Below are positions 19,781 through 29,888 of a stretch of DNA of 64,000 bases, in pieces (within the stretch, counting starts at the first letter, position 1; every line of letters starts with the position of its first letter). The notes below the pieces were generated by a model that did not search any database, was not told where the DNA came from, and saw nothing but the letters and a program-made list of their open reading frames with translations. Origin of the DNA: Candidatus Iainarchaeum sp. Its GTDB lineage: Archaea; Iainarchaeota; Iainarchaeia; Iainarchaeales; JAGVWC01. The position numbers and the translations under genes are program-made. Location: assembly GCA_018304465.1 (NCBI GenBank), contig JAGVWC010000008.1:32001-96000 (forward strand). Reading direction: 5' to 3'.

Positions 19781-20719
19781 TCAGAATTTTCGAATTTTCG
19801 CAATGAAAAACGCCTCCGAATCGTTGTCCTGGGGCAACACCCGCACGGTTTTGTCCAAAGACGAATGAAAACGCCGGTTCTTATACGAAACCAAACCCGG
19901 CCGAAACTTAAAACCCGGAAAAAAAATCTTTTCAATCTGCGCGTTGCCATTTTTTCGCAACAAAAAATCCACGACTTCCTCGTTTTCTTCCGGAGACAAC
20001 GTGCACGTCGAATACACCAGCACGCCACCGGGCTTTAAAACCGAAAACGCGCGTTCAATCAATTGTTTCTGAACATGCGATTTCTTCAAAACCAGATTCG
20101 GATGCCAACCTTTCAAAGCGTCCGGCCGTTTTCGAACAAACCCTTCGGTTGAACACGGCGCATCCAGCAAAACCTTGTCAAACCCCACTTGCGAATAAAA
20201 CCGCCGCGAATCCCGATGCACCACCAACGTATTCAAGATGCCCATGCGATTCATGTTAAACCACAAGGCCTTCAAACGTTCCACCGCCACGTCCACGGCC
20301 ACGATCGCGCCTTTGTTTCGCATCAATTCCGCCATCTGGCAGGTTTTCATTCCCGGAGCCGCCGCCAAATCGAGAACCACTTCTTCCGGCTTCGGGTCCA
20401 GCACAATGGGAGGAATCATCGACGAAACCTCTTGCACCACGAAAAAACCCTTCTGATGCTCCGGCAACTGGCCCAATTGCACGTTTTCGGTTTTCACCAT
20501 GAACACGCCCGGAAGATACAAATTGGGTTCCAATTCGATTCCCTGAACTTCCAGACGCTTTTGCAAATCGCCCGGCGAAATCTTCAGGGAATTCGCGCGC
20601 ACGGAACGCGGAAGCTTGGTTTTGCACGCGGCCAAAAACGCGGGAAACTCTTCCCCAAGCAAGTCGGAATACTTTTCCTCAAACCGCTTTGGAATAAAAG
20701 TCTTGACTTCCTTGGACAT
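19781..20719 (-). CDS. RsmB/NOP2 family RNA m5C methyltransferase
   Basis: VLDLAAAPGMKT, LLDAPCS, VYSTCT. Confidence 0.95.
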   Translation of the reverse strand: MSKEVKTFIPKRFEEKYSDLLGEEFPAFLAACKTKLPRSVRANSLKISPGDLQKRLEVQGIELEPNLYLPGVFMVKTENVQLGQLPEHQKGFFVVQEVSSMIPPIVLDPKPEEVVLDLAAAPGMKTCQMAELMRNKGAIVAVDVAVERLKALWFNMNRMGILNTLVVHRDSRRFYSQVGFDKVLLDAPCSTEGFVRKRPDALKGWHPNLVLKKSHVQKQLIERAFSVLKPGGVLVYSTCTLSPEENEEVVDFLLRKNGNAQIEKIFFPGFKFRPGLVSYKNRRFHSSLDKTVRVLPQDNDSEAFFIAKIRKF

Positions 20720-20800
20720 ACAAAACCCATTGACAAATCCGTTTTTCTTGCTATGGATTTAAATTAAACCTCGAACAAGAGTAGACTATAAGGCCACGAT

Positions 20801-21568
20801 ATGAAACCACCCGACCCATTTTCTGATTTCACATTGATGGAAATCAGCTACTTACCGCCGCAATCCATCGAAACCGCGAAAAGACTTTTTGAGCGTCACG
20901 GTTGGAACGGTCTAACAGCCATCGGAAATATCATACAAGAAAAAATCGACTTCGCAAAAACACAAATCGACCAGCACACTCGCCCCGGAGACCAGCTCTT
21001 GATTGAAGCGGCGGAAGGAATGTCATTTGAGGCATTCATAAAAACGCAAGGAATCGAATCGCTTGAAAAAATGGAACCGTTTTCACGCCGATTTCTGGAG
21101 CAAAATTGGAGCCGTTGGACTGAAAAAAACATGAATATGTACCGCGAAATCGCAGAATATGCCACCCAACGCGGACGCATTGTAAAAAGCTTCGAATACG
21201 GCGTGACACGCACAGGGAGTCGCATGCACAATGCAGCCCATCAAGTATACCAAATGGCCCCCGAAAAAAAGCAGCGAATCGAAAACATTCTGAATTATCG
21301 GCGACACATCGGAATGCAACGCCAAATCGAACGTCGAAAACCCGCGATGGTCATTTGTGCCGCCGGCCATGCCGTGGCCATTGAACACGATATTCACCCT
21401 CGACGCGTGATATATGAGGACCCCAAAATGAAAGAAAAATGGGGCACCAAAAAATCGATCGCTGAGATAAAAAACCTGATTCAAGCATACTTATTTGAAA
21501 AACAAGCCCGAAGGCGAAAAATAAACCAAGCAAGAACCAGACCACCACCAAAGAAAAAACCCAAATGA
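20801..21568 (+). CDS. orphan, possible EreA/ChaN/TraB-TIKI fold, basic C-tail
   Basis: LLIE...RRHIGM...MVICAAGH pattern; tail RRRKINQARTRPPPKKKPK. Confidence 0.55.
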   Translation: MKPPDPFSDFTLMEISYLPPQSIETAKRLFERHGWNGLTAIGNIIQEKIDFAKTQIDQHTRPGDQLLIEAAEGMSFEAFIKTQGIESLEKMEPFSRRFLEQNWSRWTEKNMNMYREIAEYATQRGRIVKSFEYGVTRTGSRMHNAAHQVYQMAPEKKQRIENILNYRRHIGMQRQIERRKPAMVICAAGHAVAIEHDIHPRRVIYEDPKMKEKWGTKKSIAEIKNLIQAYLFEKQARRRKINQARTRPPPKKKPK

Positions 21569-21572
21569 AAAA

Positions 21573-22823
21573 TCAAACCCAATCCGTGATCTTTTTCTGG
21601 AACTTTAAGTTCGGCAACAGTTTCGAGGCCATCAAGTATTTGTCCAGCGGAACCGTCATTCGAAAACCCACGTACTCCAACGCGAGTTTCAAATCCGAAA
21701 ACGATAACGGTTTTTTTTCCAACGCTTTTCGAACGGTTTCGCGGATCACCCACACCCCCAACGGAACCGTGTACTCGTGCGAAATCTCGCGAAACACAAT
21801 CGCGGTGGCCAAACGCTTTTTTTTGACCAAATGCTCGGCGATCGCCAAACGCGCGGAATAATACGCTCCGGTGACATTATCCGCGTACTTGGTACGACCG
21901 TTATAGCCTTCGAAATCCGAAATCACGTTCACTTCGGACCGATCCGCAAACAACGCCCAGCTTGCCCCGGGAAGCCAGCACTCGAGCATTTCAAATGACC
22001 ACGTTCCAGGACACAACAACACGAAAAAATGATTCCCCAAATACGATTCGCGGTACAATTCAAACTCGCCCACTTGCGGGAACGATTTTACGAATTCTTC
22101 CACGAGATACTTCGAAACATTATCATCAATCGCGGTAATCGACCAGCGCGTGGGAACCAGTTTCCGGTTTTTTCCAACCCCCAGCGTTCCCGCGGACAAA
22201 ATCTTGTACAAATAATGCACCGGCAAACCATCCTCGTACAGTTCCCGGACCGCGGTATTCGACTTGACCGCGGTGTCGCTTGACAAGTAATCCGCTTTTG
22301 ACGGAATTTTGGGATTTTCATGCAATTTCATCCGGTCCAATTCCGCGGAAGGACCCGTCGGCGCGGTGGACTCGTGAAACGACAAAAACTGCCGCGGCGC
22401 GCTTTTAAGCGAAAACTCGGCTTCCACCGGTTTTAACGACAACGCCAGTTCCTGAATCAAAGACAAATCCCGCGACGGATTCGCGGCATCCGCAACCCGC
22501 GCCCGACGCCGCGACGAAATCAATTGAGAACGCATCGCGACGATTTCATTTGACGGCAACCCGAACCACTCTTCAGGATTATCCAAAAACGCGTTTTTTT
22601 CGGAGATCACCGGCGGCGCCACCGGAGCGATCGAAACATTCGGATACCCCGTCCAGGAAACAAAAACCCCCGGCGGCGAAGAACCCTCGAATTTGTTGTT
22701 CTTGATTTGAACCAGCGACTTTTGCCGAACCTCGAATTTTTCGATAATCGGACAACTCGACAACTGGCACCACAAACGGCCCTTGCACTTGACGCATAAC
22801 GACGCGGGAATCATTGGAACCAA
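21573..22823 (-). CDS. nreA: Nre family DNA repair protein
   Basis: CxxCKGxxxCxxxxCP, GSSPP, LVPTRWSITAID, PLGVWVIRE, C-terminal PIP-like QKKITDW. Confidence 0.92.
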   Translation of the reverse strand: MVPMIPASLCVKCKGRLWCQLSSCPIIEKFEVRQKSLVQIKNNKFEGSSPPGVFVSWTGYPNVSIAPVAPPVISEKNAFLDNPEEWFGLPSNEIVAMRSQLISSRRRARVADAANPSRDLSLIQELALSLKPVEAEFSLKSAPRQFLSFHESTAPTGPSAELDRMKLHENPKIPSKADYLSSDTAVKSNTAVRELYEDGLPVHYLYKILSAGTLGVGKNRKLVPTRWSITAIDDNVSKYLVEEFVKSFPQVGEFELYRESYLGNHFFVLLCPGTWSFEMLECWLPGASWALFADRSEVNVISDFEGYNGRTKYADNVTGAYYSARLAIAEHLVKKKRLATAIVFREISHEYTVPLGVWVIRETVRKALEKKPLSFSDLKLALEYVGFRMTVPLDKYLMASKLLPNLKFQKKITDWV

Positions 22824-22914
22824 ACAAACTATCCGACAAAACCCATAAATTTCCTCCGAGCGCCTTGCCGGTAATTCTCAAGTTTTTTAACGTTAATCCT
22901 GCCCAATATAGCAC

Positions 22915-24831
22915 ATGGGTTCAAATCAAATCACCTTGTCTTTTCCGGACGAAAGCAAGCAAAATTACGCCACGGGGATTACCGGTGCGGAAATCGCCCA
23001 AAAAATCGGGCCGCGCCTGACCAAAGACGCCCTCGCGATCCAGGTAGACAACGCCACGTTTGAACTCGAACGTCCCATTCTTCAAAACGGAAAAATTCGG
23101 ATTCTTACCTGGAAAGACCTTGAAGGCAAAAAAGCGTTGTGGCACACGGGAAGCCACGTATTGGCCGAAGCCGTCAGCGCGGTGATTCCGAACGCGCGCC
23201 CGACCTTGGGCCCCCCGATCGAAGAAGGATTCTATTACGATTTTGACGTCGACAAACCGTTTTCCGAAGAAGATTTGCAAAAAATCGAAAAAAAAGCCAA
23301 CGAACTGCTTGCCAAAAAAGAAGACTTGATCCGAAAAGAAGTCACCAAAGAAGAAGCCCTCAAGTTATTCAAAGACAACCCGTTCAAAAAAGAACTGATC
23401 GAAGAACACACGAAAGCCGGCGAAAAAATCTCGTTGTATTACCAGGGAAAATTCGTTGACCTTTGCCGCGGCGGACACGTCAACAACACCGGAAAAATCG
23501 CGGTCATCAAAATCATCAAAAGCGGCGGCGCCTACTGGCGCGGAAGCGAAAAAAACAAAATGCTCCAGCGCATCTACGCGATCGCGTTTCCGGAAAAAAA
23601 AATGCTGGACGAATGGATCAAACAACGCGAAGAAGCCGAAAAACGAAACCACTTAAAACTCGGAAAAGAACTCGACTTGTACTCGTTCCAAAAAGAAGCT
23701 CCGGGCACCGCGTTTTATCACCAAAACGCCACGCAAATCTGGATCGCGTTGACCGATTTTCTTCGCGCGGAACAACGCCAACGCGGCTACATCGAAGTCA
23801 TCACCCCGCTGATCATGAAAGACTCGCTTTGGAAACAATCAGGACATTGGGACCACTACAAAGAAAACATGTACTTTGTCAAAATCGACGACGAAGACTA
23901 CGCCATCAAACCCATGAACTGCCCCGGCCACATTCTGATTTACAAGAACTCGCGAAAATCCTACCGCGACCTGCCGATCAAAATGAGCGAATTTGGAATC
24001 GTTCACCGCCACGAAAAAAGCGGCGTATTAAACGGATTATTCCGTGTTCGAAAATTCACGCAAGACGACGCGCACTTGTTCTGCACGCCGGAACAAATCA
24101 AGCCGCTGATCAAAGAAACCATCCAACTCATCGACCATATTTACAAAACCTGCGGTTTTACCGAATACCACATGGAGCTCTCCACGCGACCCGAAAAAGC
24201 CATGGGATCCCCGGAACAATGGACCCAAGCCGAAACCGCGCTCAAAGAAGCACTTGAAGAAACCAACTCCAGCTACAAACTAAACCCCGGTGACGGCGCG
24301 TTCTACGGACCCAAAATCGATTTTCACATCAAAGACTCGCTGGGACGCACGTGGCAATGCGGAACCATCCAACTGGATTTCCAAATGCCCCAAAAATTCG
24401 AAACCGAATTCATCGGAAACGACGACAAACCCCACACCCCGATCATGATTCACCGCGCGCTATACGGAAGCCTCGACCGATTCTTAGGAATCCTCACCGA
24501 ACACTACGGCGGCGCGTACCCGCTGTGGCTTGCGCCAGTTCAAGCCATCGTGCTTCCGATCTCCGAAAAAACCCTTGACTATGCCGAACACGTCAAGGCA
24601 GAACTCCTTGAAAACGGAATCCGAACCCAGATCAATTCCGACAACCAGACGATTTCCTACAAAATTCGAGACGCGCAACTACGCAAAATCCCGCTGATCC
24701 TCGTGGCCGGAGAAAAAGAAGCGCAAAACAAAACCATTAACGTCCGAAAACGCGACGGAACCGTTCAAGGCGAACAAAAAATCCAAGAGTTTATTTCCAA
24801 CACAGTGGATCGCATCCAGCAAAAACAATAA
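22915..24831 (+). CDS. thrS: threonyl-tRNA synthetase, bacterial-type
   Basis: TGS domain, DLCRGGH, KPMNCPGH, FTQDDAH, GAFYGPKID, WQCGTIQLDF. Confidence 0.97.
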   Translation: MGSNQITLSFPDESKQNYATGITGAEIAQKIGPRLTKDALAIQVDNATFELERPILQNGKIRILTWKDLEGKKALWHTGSHVLAEAVSAVIPNARPTLGPPIEEGFYYDFDVDKPFSEEDLQKIEKKANELLAKKEDLIRKEVTKEEALKLFKDNPFKKELIEEHTKAGEKISLYYQGKFVDLCRGGHVNNTGKIAVIKIIKSGGAYWRGSEKNKMLQRIYAIAFPEKKMLDEWIKQREEAEKRNHLKLGKELDLYSFQKEAPGTAFYHQNATQIWIALTDFLRAEQRQRGYIEVITPLIMKDSLWKQSGHWDHYKENMYFVKIDDEDYAIKPMNCPGHILIYKNSRKSYRDLPIKMSEFGIVHRHEKSGVLNGLFRVRKFTQDDAHLFCTPEQIKPLIKETIQLIDHIYKTCGFTEYHMELSTRPEKAMGSPEQWTQAETALKEALEETNSSYKLNPGDGAFYGPKIDFHIKDSLGRTWQCGTIQLDFQMPQKFETEFIGNDDKPHTPIMIHRALYGSLDRFLGILTEHYGGAYPLWLAPVQAIVLPISEKTLDYAEHVKAELLENGIRTQINSDNQTISYKIRDAQLRKIPLILVAGEKEAQNKTINVRKRDGTVQGEQKIQEFISNTVDRIQQKQ

Positions 24832-24875
24832 ACTGCCCCCGCAAGGCATAAATAGCTCCCCATCCCAAGTTCTAC

Positions 24876-25157
24876 ATGCGACCCAAACGACCCCTTCGGT
24901 TTGGCGAAAAATTCAACGAATCAATCCACATAGACCGCCGCACACAAAATCAACCCGTAATCCAACGGGACGAATTAAACTGGTTTAAAGAACCGCCAAC
25001 CCACAGCATGGAGCTAAAAGCCCAAGCACGAACAGTCCGCAGGGAAACCGAAAACGGAAAATCAATATTTTACCTAAAAGATTTGCGAGAACACAAACCA
25101 AAAACACTCAAACAAGCACTGCCGTTGATTCGCAAAAAGCGCGCCGAACAAAACTGA
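24876..25157 (+). CDS. small orphan protein with basic termini
   Basis: ATAAATA about 25 nt upstream; MRPKRPLR...IRKKRAEQN. Confidence 0.55.
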   Translation: MRPKRPLRFGEKFNESIHIDRRTQNQPVIQRDELNWFKEPPTHSMELKAQARTVRRETENGKSIFYLKDLREHKPKTLKQALPLIRKKRAEQN

Positions 25158-25212
25158 TGTTTTCACTGCGTAATACTTATATATTCCAAATCCCTTGTCT
25201 ATAGCGACTTAG

Positions 25213-26958
25213 ATGCCCGACTATCTCAAGGAAGCCATTGAGAAAGCCAAAAAAGCCAAGGACGCTTCCAAAACCCAACAAGCGCCTGCGACAAACATCT
25301 ACTCTAACCAGCCGAACGAAAAACAAATCGCGAAAACGATCGACATCGTTCAAAAACCCGCGCCGACACCCACTCCTTCTTCAACGACCGCAACAGACCC
25401 GGCCAAACTACTGGATTCCACCATCGAAGAACTGGACATCGAGCAATTCGAACAAGAACGCCAAATGGAACCCGACGAAAACCGCGAAGTCATTGAAAGC
25501 AACGGAAGCGTTCAAATCGTTCGCCGCAAAAACCACGACTTGCTCGAATACCGCGTTCCCGTTCCAAAACCCACCTTGGGCGAAAAAACGATTATCAACA
25601 TTATCAAAGAAGCCGCCACCCAACTCATTTCGATTTCACCGTACCGCATCCGCGATCCCCAGCAACGCCGCAACGTATACTACCAGCGCATCATGGAAAT
25701 ACTCAAAAACAGCCCCGAACTCAAAATTTCGCCCACGCGATTCCAGTTTTACGCCGAATCAGTCGTTCGCGAAATGGTCGGATACGGCGTCCTCGACCCA
25801 TTGTTATCCGACGACAACATCGAAGAAATCATGGTCATCGGACCCAAAAAACCCGTCTACGTGTTCCACCGAAAACACGACATGATGACTACCAACATCG
25901 AATTTTTTTCCGACAAAGAAATCCAAAACGTCGTCAACAAAATCGCCCGAGACGTCGGACGCCGCGTCGACTTTTCCACCCCGTTGCTTGACGCCCGCTT
26001 ACCCGACGGAAGCCGCGTCAACGCGACGATTCCGCCCGCAAGCGTTGACGCCAGTTCTTTAACGATCCGAAAATTCCGAAAAGACCCGTACACCATTCTG
26101 GACCTCATCAACCTTAACACCATGGACAGCAAAACCGCCGCGTTTTTGTGGCTGTGCGTCGAAGGACTCTCCACCAAACCCGCCAACGTGCTCATTGCCG
26201 GCGGAACCGGCAGCGGAAAAACCACGACCCTCAACGTTTTCACGTCGCTGGTGCCCGAACGCGAACGCGTCATCACGATCGAAGACACCGCCGAACTCAA
26301 TTTGCCGCTTCAACACTGGATCCGGCTCGAAGGACGACCCCCCGGAATCGAAGGCGGCGGAGAACTCGCGTTGGATATTTTAACCAAAAACAGCTTGCGC
26401 ATGCGTCCGGACCGCATCATTGTCGGAGAAGTCCGGCACGCGGAAGCCGCCACCATGTTTACCGCCATGAACACGGGACACGACGGCGTCATGGGAACCA
26501 TTCACGCGAACAGCGCCGAAGAAACCCTGGTCCGCATCCTAAGCCCCCCCATGAGCGTTCCTCAAACCATGCTAGCAGGACTTGATTTTATCGTGGTTCA
26601 AAACCGGTTACACGACCGCCGAAAAGGAACGATCCGGCGCATCACTGAAATCGCGGAAGTTCACGGCGTGCTCGAAGGAAAGCCCGTGACCCAACCCCTG
26701 TTCGAATGGAACGCGACCGAAGACAAGCTTCAATACAGCGCAAGCCAAACCGAATCCACACCGGACCGAAAAAACAAACTCAAAACCAAGGAAATCAAAT
26801 ACTTCAAAAAATTATCCGACTTGACCGGACGATCAATCGCCGACATCGAACATGAAATCGACCGCCGGGCGGATTTCCTCGAAAAACTCACCAAACAAAA
26901 CATCAGCGGCATCAAAGCCGTGCGAGACCTCACCAACCAGTTGTTATCCAATTCGTGA
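25213..26958 (+). CDS. CpaF/TadA/VirB11 family pilus ATPase
   Basis: DARLPDGSRVNA, GGTGSGKTT, IEDTAEL, LRMRPDRIIVGEVR, MNTGHDG. Confidence 0.95.
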   Translation: MPDYLKEAIEKAKKAKDASKTQQAPATNIYSNQPNEKQIAKTIDIVQKPAPTPTPSSTTATDPAKLLDSTIEELDIEQFEQERQMEPDENREVIESNGSVQIVRRKNHDLLEYRVPVPKPTLGEKTIINIIKEAATQLISISPYRIRDPQQRRNVYYQRIMEILKNSPELKISPTRFQFYAESVVREMVGYGVLDPLLSDDNIEEIMVIGPKKPVYVFHRKHDMMTTNIEFFSDKEIQNVVNKIARDVGRRVDFSTPLLDARLPDGSRVNATIPPASVDASSLTIRKFRKDPYTILDLINLNTMDSKTAAFLWLCVEGLSTKPANVLIAGGTGSGKTTTLNVFTSLVPERERVITIEDTAELNLPLQHWIRLEGRPPGIEGGGELALDILTKNSLRMRPDRIIVGEVRHAEAATMFTAMNTGHDGVMGTIHANSAEETLVRILSPPMSVPQTMLAGLDFIVVQNRLHDRRKGTIRRITEIAEVHGVLEGKPVTQPLFEWNATEDKLQYSASQTESTPDRKNKLKTKEIKYFKKLSDLTGRSIADIEHEIDRRADFLEKLTKQNISGIKAVRDLTNQLLSNS

Positions 26959-28052
26959 AAAAAATGTCCGAAATCAAAGAATTCACAGACGTCGACCAGG
27001 ACACCGTCGACAACATCGTCCAAAAAATGCGCAAAAAAGAAGTCGCGGGCACAGTCATCGCCACCGAAGAAGACATGCAGATGCGCGGCGAAATGCTCGG
27101 AAAATCCAAACCCGCCAAAATAGAAATTGGAAACGTCGGAGACTTTCTGGATTTTAATTCCCAAATCATTCATGGCCTCATCGAATTCTACCTCAAACTT
27201 CAAGATCCGTTAAAACCCATCGCCAAATTCATCGCCCAACTCTCCGCGACCCAAACCCTCAATTACTATTTGCACAGCGCAAACCTCAAATACACCTTAA
27301 ACCAATACCTCGCCATCACCACCGCCATCACGGTACTGGCGACACTTTGGGGAATCGTCATGGGACTGCTCATCGGATTCATTCTCCGCGTTCCCTTTGT
27401 ATTCTACCCGCTGCTCGCGGTCTTTGGCGCGGTATTTGCCGGCACCATGGGACTCTTCATTACCTTGCTGGTTCCCAAAAGCATCGCCGAAACCCGCGGC
27501 GCCCAAGTCAGCATCGAAATGCCGTTTGCCTTGCGACACATGGCAACCGAACTACGCAGCGGCGCGGGACTCTACCGCACCATCCAACTCATTGCCGTCG
27601 CGGACTACGGCGTATTATCCGAAGAATTCGCGCGCACCGTCAATGAAATCGAAGAAGGAACCGACGCCAAAGACGCCCTCAAAAACATGGCCAACCGCGT
27701 TCAATCGATCGCCATGCGAAACGCCCTCAATCACATCGTTCGCGCCATGAAAACCGGCGGAAACCTCTCCGAAGTCATGAGCGACATCGCCGACGACGTG
27801 TCCGTGGAAATCCGAAACCGCATCAGCGAATTCTCGGAAAAAATGAATTTTTTCGGAGTCCTCTTCATCTTCGCCGGAATCATTATACCCGTCATGATCG
27901 CCATTCTGGGCGGAATATCCAACGCACCGCTTCCCATGGCATTCCCCATCCCGCTGTCCATTCCGCTTCTCATCATCTTTTACTTAGTCGTCATGCCCGT
28001 GATACTCGGAATATTGATCCTGTACTTACGCGCCATCCAACCCAAAGCGTGA
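26955..28052 (+). CDS. TadB/TadC (T2SS-F) membrane platform protein
   Basis: EMPFALRHMATELRSG, DYGVLSEEF, TGGNLSEV. Confidence 0.88.
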   Translation: MKKMSEIKEFTDVDQDTVDNIVQKMRKKEVAGTVIATEEDMQMRGEMLGKSKPAKIEIGNVGDFLDFNSQIIHGLIEFYLKLQDPLKPIAKFIAQLSATQTLNYYLHSANLKYTLNQYLAITTAITVLATLWGIVMGLLIGFILRVPFVFYPLLAVFGAVFAGTMGLFITLLVPKSIAETRGAQVSIEMPFALRHMATELRSGAGLYRTIQLIAVADYGVLSEEFARTVNEIEEGTDAKDALKNMANRVQSIAMRNALNHIVRAMKTGGNLSEVMSDIADDVSVEIRNRISEFSEKMNFFGVLFIFAGIIIPVMIAILGGISNAPLPMAFPIPLSIPLLIIFYLVVMPVILGILILYLRAIQPKA

Positions 28053-28056
28053 AAAC

Positions 28057-29001
28057 ATGAAAGAAACAAAACCATTCAACGAACGAATCCAGCAAATGCT
28101 CGTGAAATACGAAAAAGTCATGCAAAAAAACGGAGTCTCCACCACCGCCACCAACTGGATCGCCTTGGCGTTTGGCAGCGCCATTATTCTCTCCGTGCTC
28201 GGATTCCTCGTTTTTTCCCTGGTCGGACTCGATCACCCGCTTTTGATCACTGTCGTTGTTTTTTTCGTGGTCATTGACCTCGTGCTCGGATACCCGCTTT
28301 CACTGGACATGCAGCGCATCAACCGGATCGAAGAAGCGTTTCCAAATGTCCTAAAACAACTCGGAGACACCCTCAAAGCCGGCGGAACCTACGAATTCGC
28401 CTTGCGCGAAGTATCCGACAGCGACTACGGCCCTCTCACCAAAGAACTCAAACTCGTTTTGCGTCGACTCGAAGAAGGACAAAACCTCGACAAAAGCCTT
28501 CAACTCATGCAAGAAGAAATCGATTCCCGACTCGTCAAACGAACATTAACCATTATTATCGACGCGCTCAAATCCGGCGGCGGACTCGCCGAAATACTCG
28601 ACGAAATCGCGGACGACATGCGCGACCTGCACCGCATTCAACTCGAACGCCGCACCAAAACCACCATGCAAGTCCTCTTCCTGGTCACCGCCGGCGCCAT
28701 TGTCGGACCCGCCATCATGGGATTCACCACCACCGTACTCGAATTCCTGATCACCACCGCCGTCAAAAGCCAAGCCATCCAACCCGACGTCATCGAACAA
28801 TCCCTTCAATCCAAACAAATCATCATTTTTCTTTTAACCAGCTACATCATCATTGAAGCCATCGCCGCCAGTATTCTACTCGGATTAATGCGCGACGGAC
28901 AAGCCAAGAAAAGCATTATATACATCCCAGTCTTACTATTCATGGGTTTGTTTTTGTTTTACGGAGCCCGCATCATCACCAAAGTGATACTGCACTTCTA
29001 A
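28057..29001 (+). CDS. TadC (T2SS-F) membrane platform protein
   Basis: IEEAFPNVLKQL, DYGPLTKEL, SGGGLAEIL. Confidence 0.88.
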   Translation: MKETKPFNERIQQMLVKYEKVMQKNGVSTTATNWIALAFGSAIILSVLGFLVFSLVGLDHPLLITVVVFFVVIDLVLGYPLSLDMQRINRIEEAFPNVLKQLGDTLKAGGTYEFALREVSDSDYGPLTKELKLVLRRLEEGQNLDKSLQLMQEEIDSRLVKRTLTIIIDALKSGGGLAEILDEIADDMRDLHRIQLERRTKTTMQVLFLVTAGAIVGPAIMGFTTTVLEFLITTAVKSQAIQPDVIEQSLQSKQIIIFLLTSYIIIEAIAASILLGLMRDGQAKKSIIYIPVLLFMGLFLFYGARIITKVILHF

Positions 29002-29016
29002 AAAAAAAGGAAAAAA

Positions 29017-29175
29017 ATGAAACTACTCCAAGAAAAACGCGCCCAGAATTCCATGGAAACCCTCATCATGGTCGGCGGCGCGATCCTGGTTGCCGTTACG
29101 GTCGGACTCATTGTCAAGCAAGCCGCGAACCAACTCGGAAACGCCGGAAACCAACAAATCGGCAATACGCCGTAA
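29017..29175 (+). CDS. small pilin (52 aa), absent from ORF track
   Basis: MKLLQEKRA|QNSMETLIMVGGAILVAVTVG. Confidence 0.8.
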   Translation: MKLLQEKRAQNSMETLIMVGGAILVAVTVGLIVKQAANQLGNAGNQQIGNTP

Positions 29176-29275
29176 ACACGCCTGTTTATCCAACCGCTTT
29201 TTTCCAAGAAAACTATTAAAAAGCCAGAAGGCTTACTGAATACAACAAAACATACATCCATGGAGGAAAAAACCT

Positions 29276-29626
29276 ATGTTTGCAAACAAAGGACAAGGCT
29301 CGCTAGAATACCTCCTTATTTTAGGAGGAGCCATTCTAGTCGCCGTCATCATCATCGCAGCCATCACCCTGTTGCCAAACAACAGCCCGGTGGAGCTCAA
29401 CGCATTGGCCGCAAACTGCCAAACATCACTCAACCAGAATTTGTGCCAAAGCACAGCAACCCCCGCATCATTGGTCGTTGCCGCAGTTGATGCCACACAC
29501 CCCGGATGCCCGCAAACAGGAACCGTAAACTCGGTAGCTGGCGCAGGAACCGCATGCTGCTGGACCGGATCAACCGCGGACCAGGGAACATGTAGACTCA
29601 ACCCCAACACAGCACAGAGACCATAA
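29276..29626 (+). CDS. pilin, class III signal peptide (candidate major pilin)
   Basis: GGAGG RBS; NKG|QGSLEYLLILGGAILVA. Confidence 0.88.
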   Translation: MFANKGQGSLEYLLILGGAILVAVIIIAAITLLPNNSPVELNALAANCQTSLNQNLCQSTATPASLVVAAVDATHPGCPQTGTVNSVAGAGTACCWTGSTADQGTCRLNPNTAQRP

Positions 29627-29640
29627 ATCGGTGAAGTTGC

Positions 29641-29811
29641 ATGAACAAACGCGCACAGGTTTCAATGGAATATTTGACGATCGTGCTGTTTGGCTTGATG
29701 CTGGCGGTGGCCGCCGGAGTTCTTCTGGCGTCCGTCAGCACCGTTGCCAACACCGCGAAAGCCAAAGTGCTCACCTATCGCGAACAAGCCATCTCCAACC
29801 TGCTGCAATAA
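29641..29811 (+). CDS. small pilin (56 aa), absent from ORF track
   Basis: GGTGA RBS; MNKRA|QVSMEYLTIVLFGLML. Confidence 0.82.
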   Translation: MNKRAQVSMEYLTIVLFGLMLAVAAGVLLASVSTVANTAKAKVLTYREQAISNLLQ

Positions 29812-29826
29812 AACCATTTTTTTAAC

Positions 29827-29862
29827 CGGGTTCGAAAACGAACCCGACCCTTTTTTATTTTT
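29827..29862 (+). terminator. hairpin plus T tract after pilin genes
   Basis: CGGGTTCG-AAAA-CGAACCCG perfect 8-bp stem, then TTTTTTATTTTT. Confidence 0.55.
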
Positions 29863-29888
29863 CAAAGCCATTCATAATACGACTTCCC

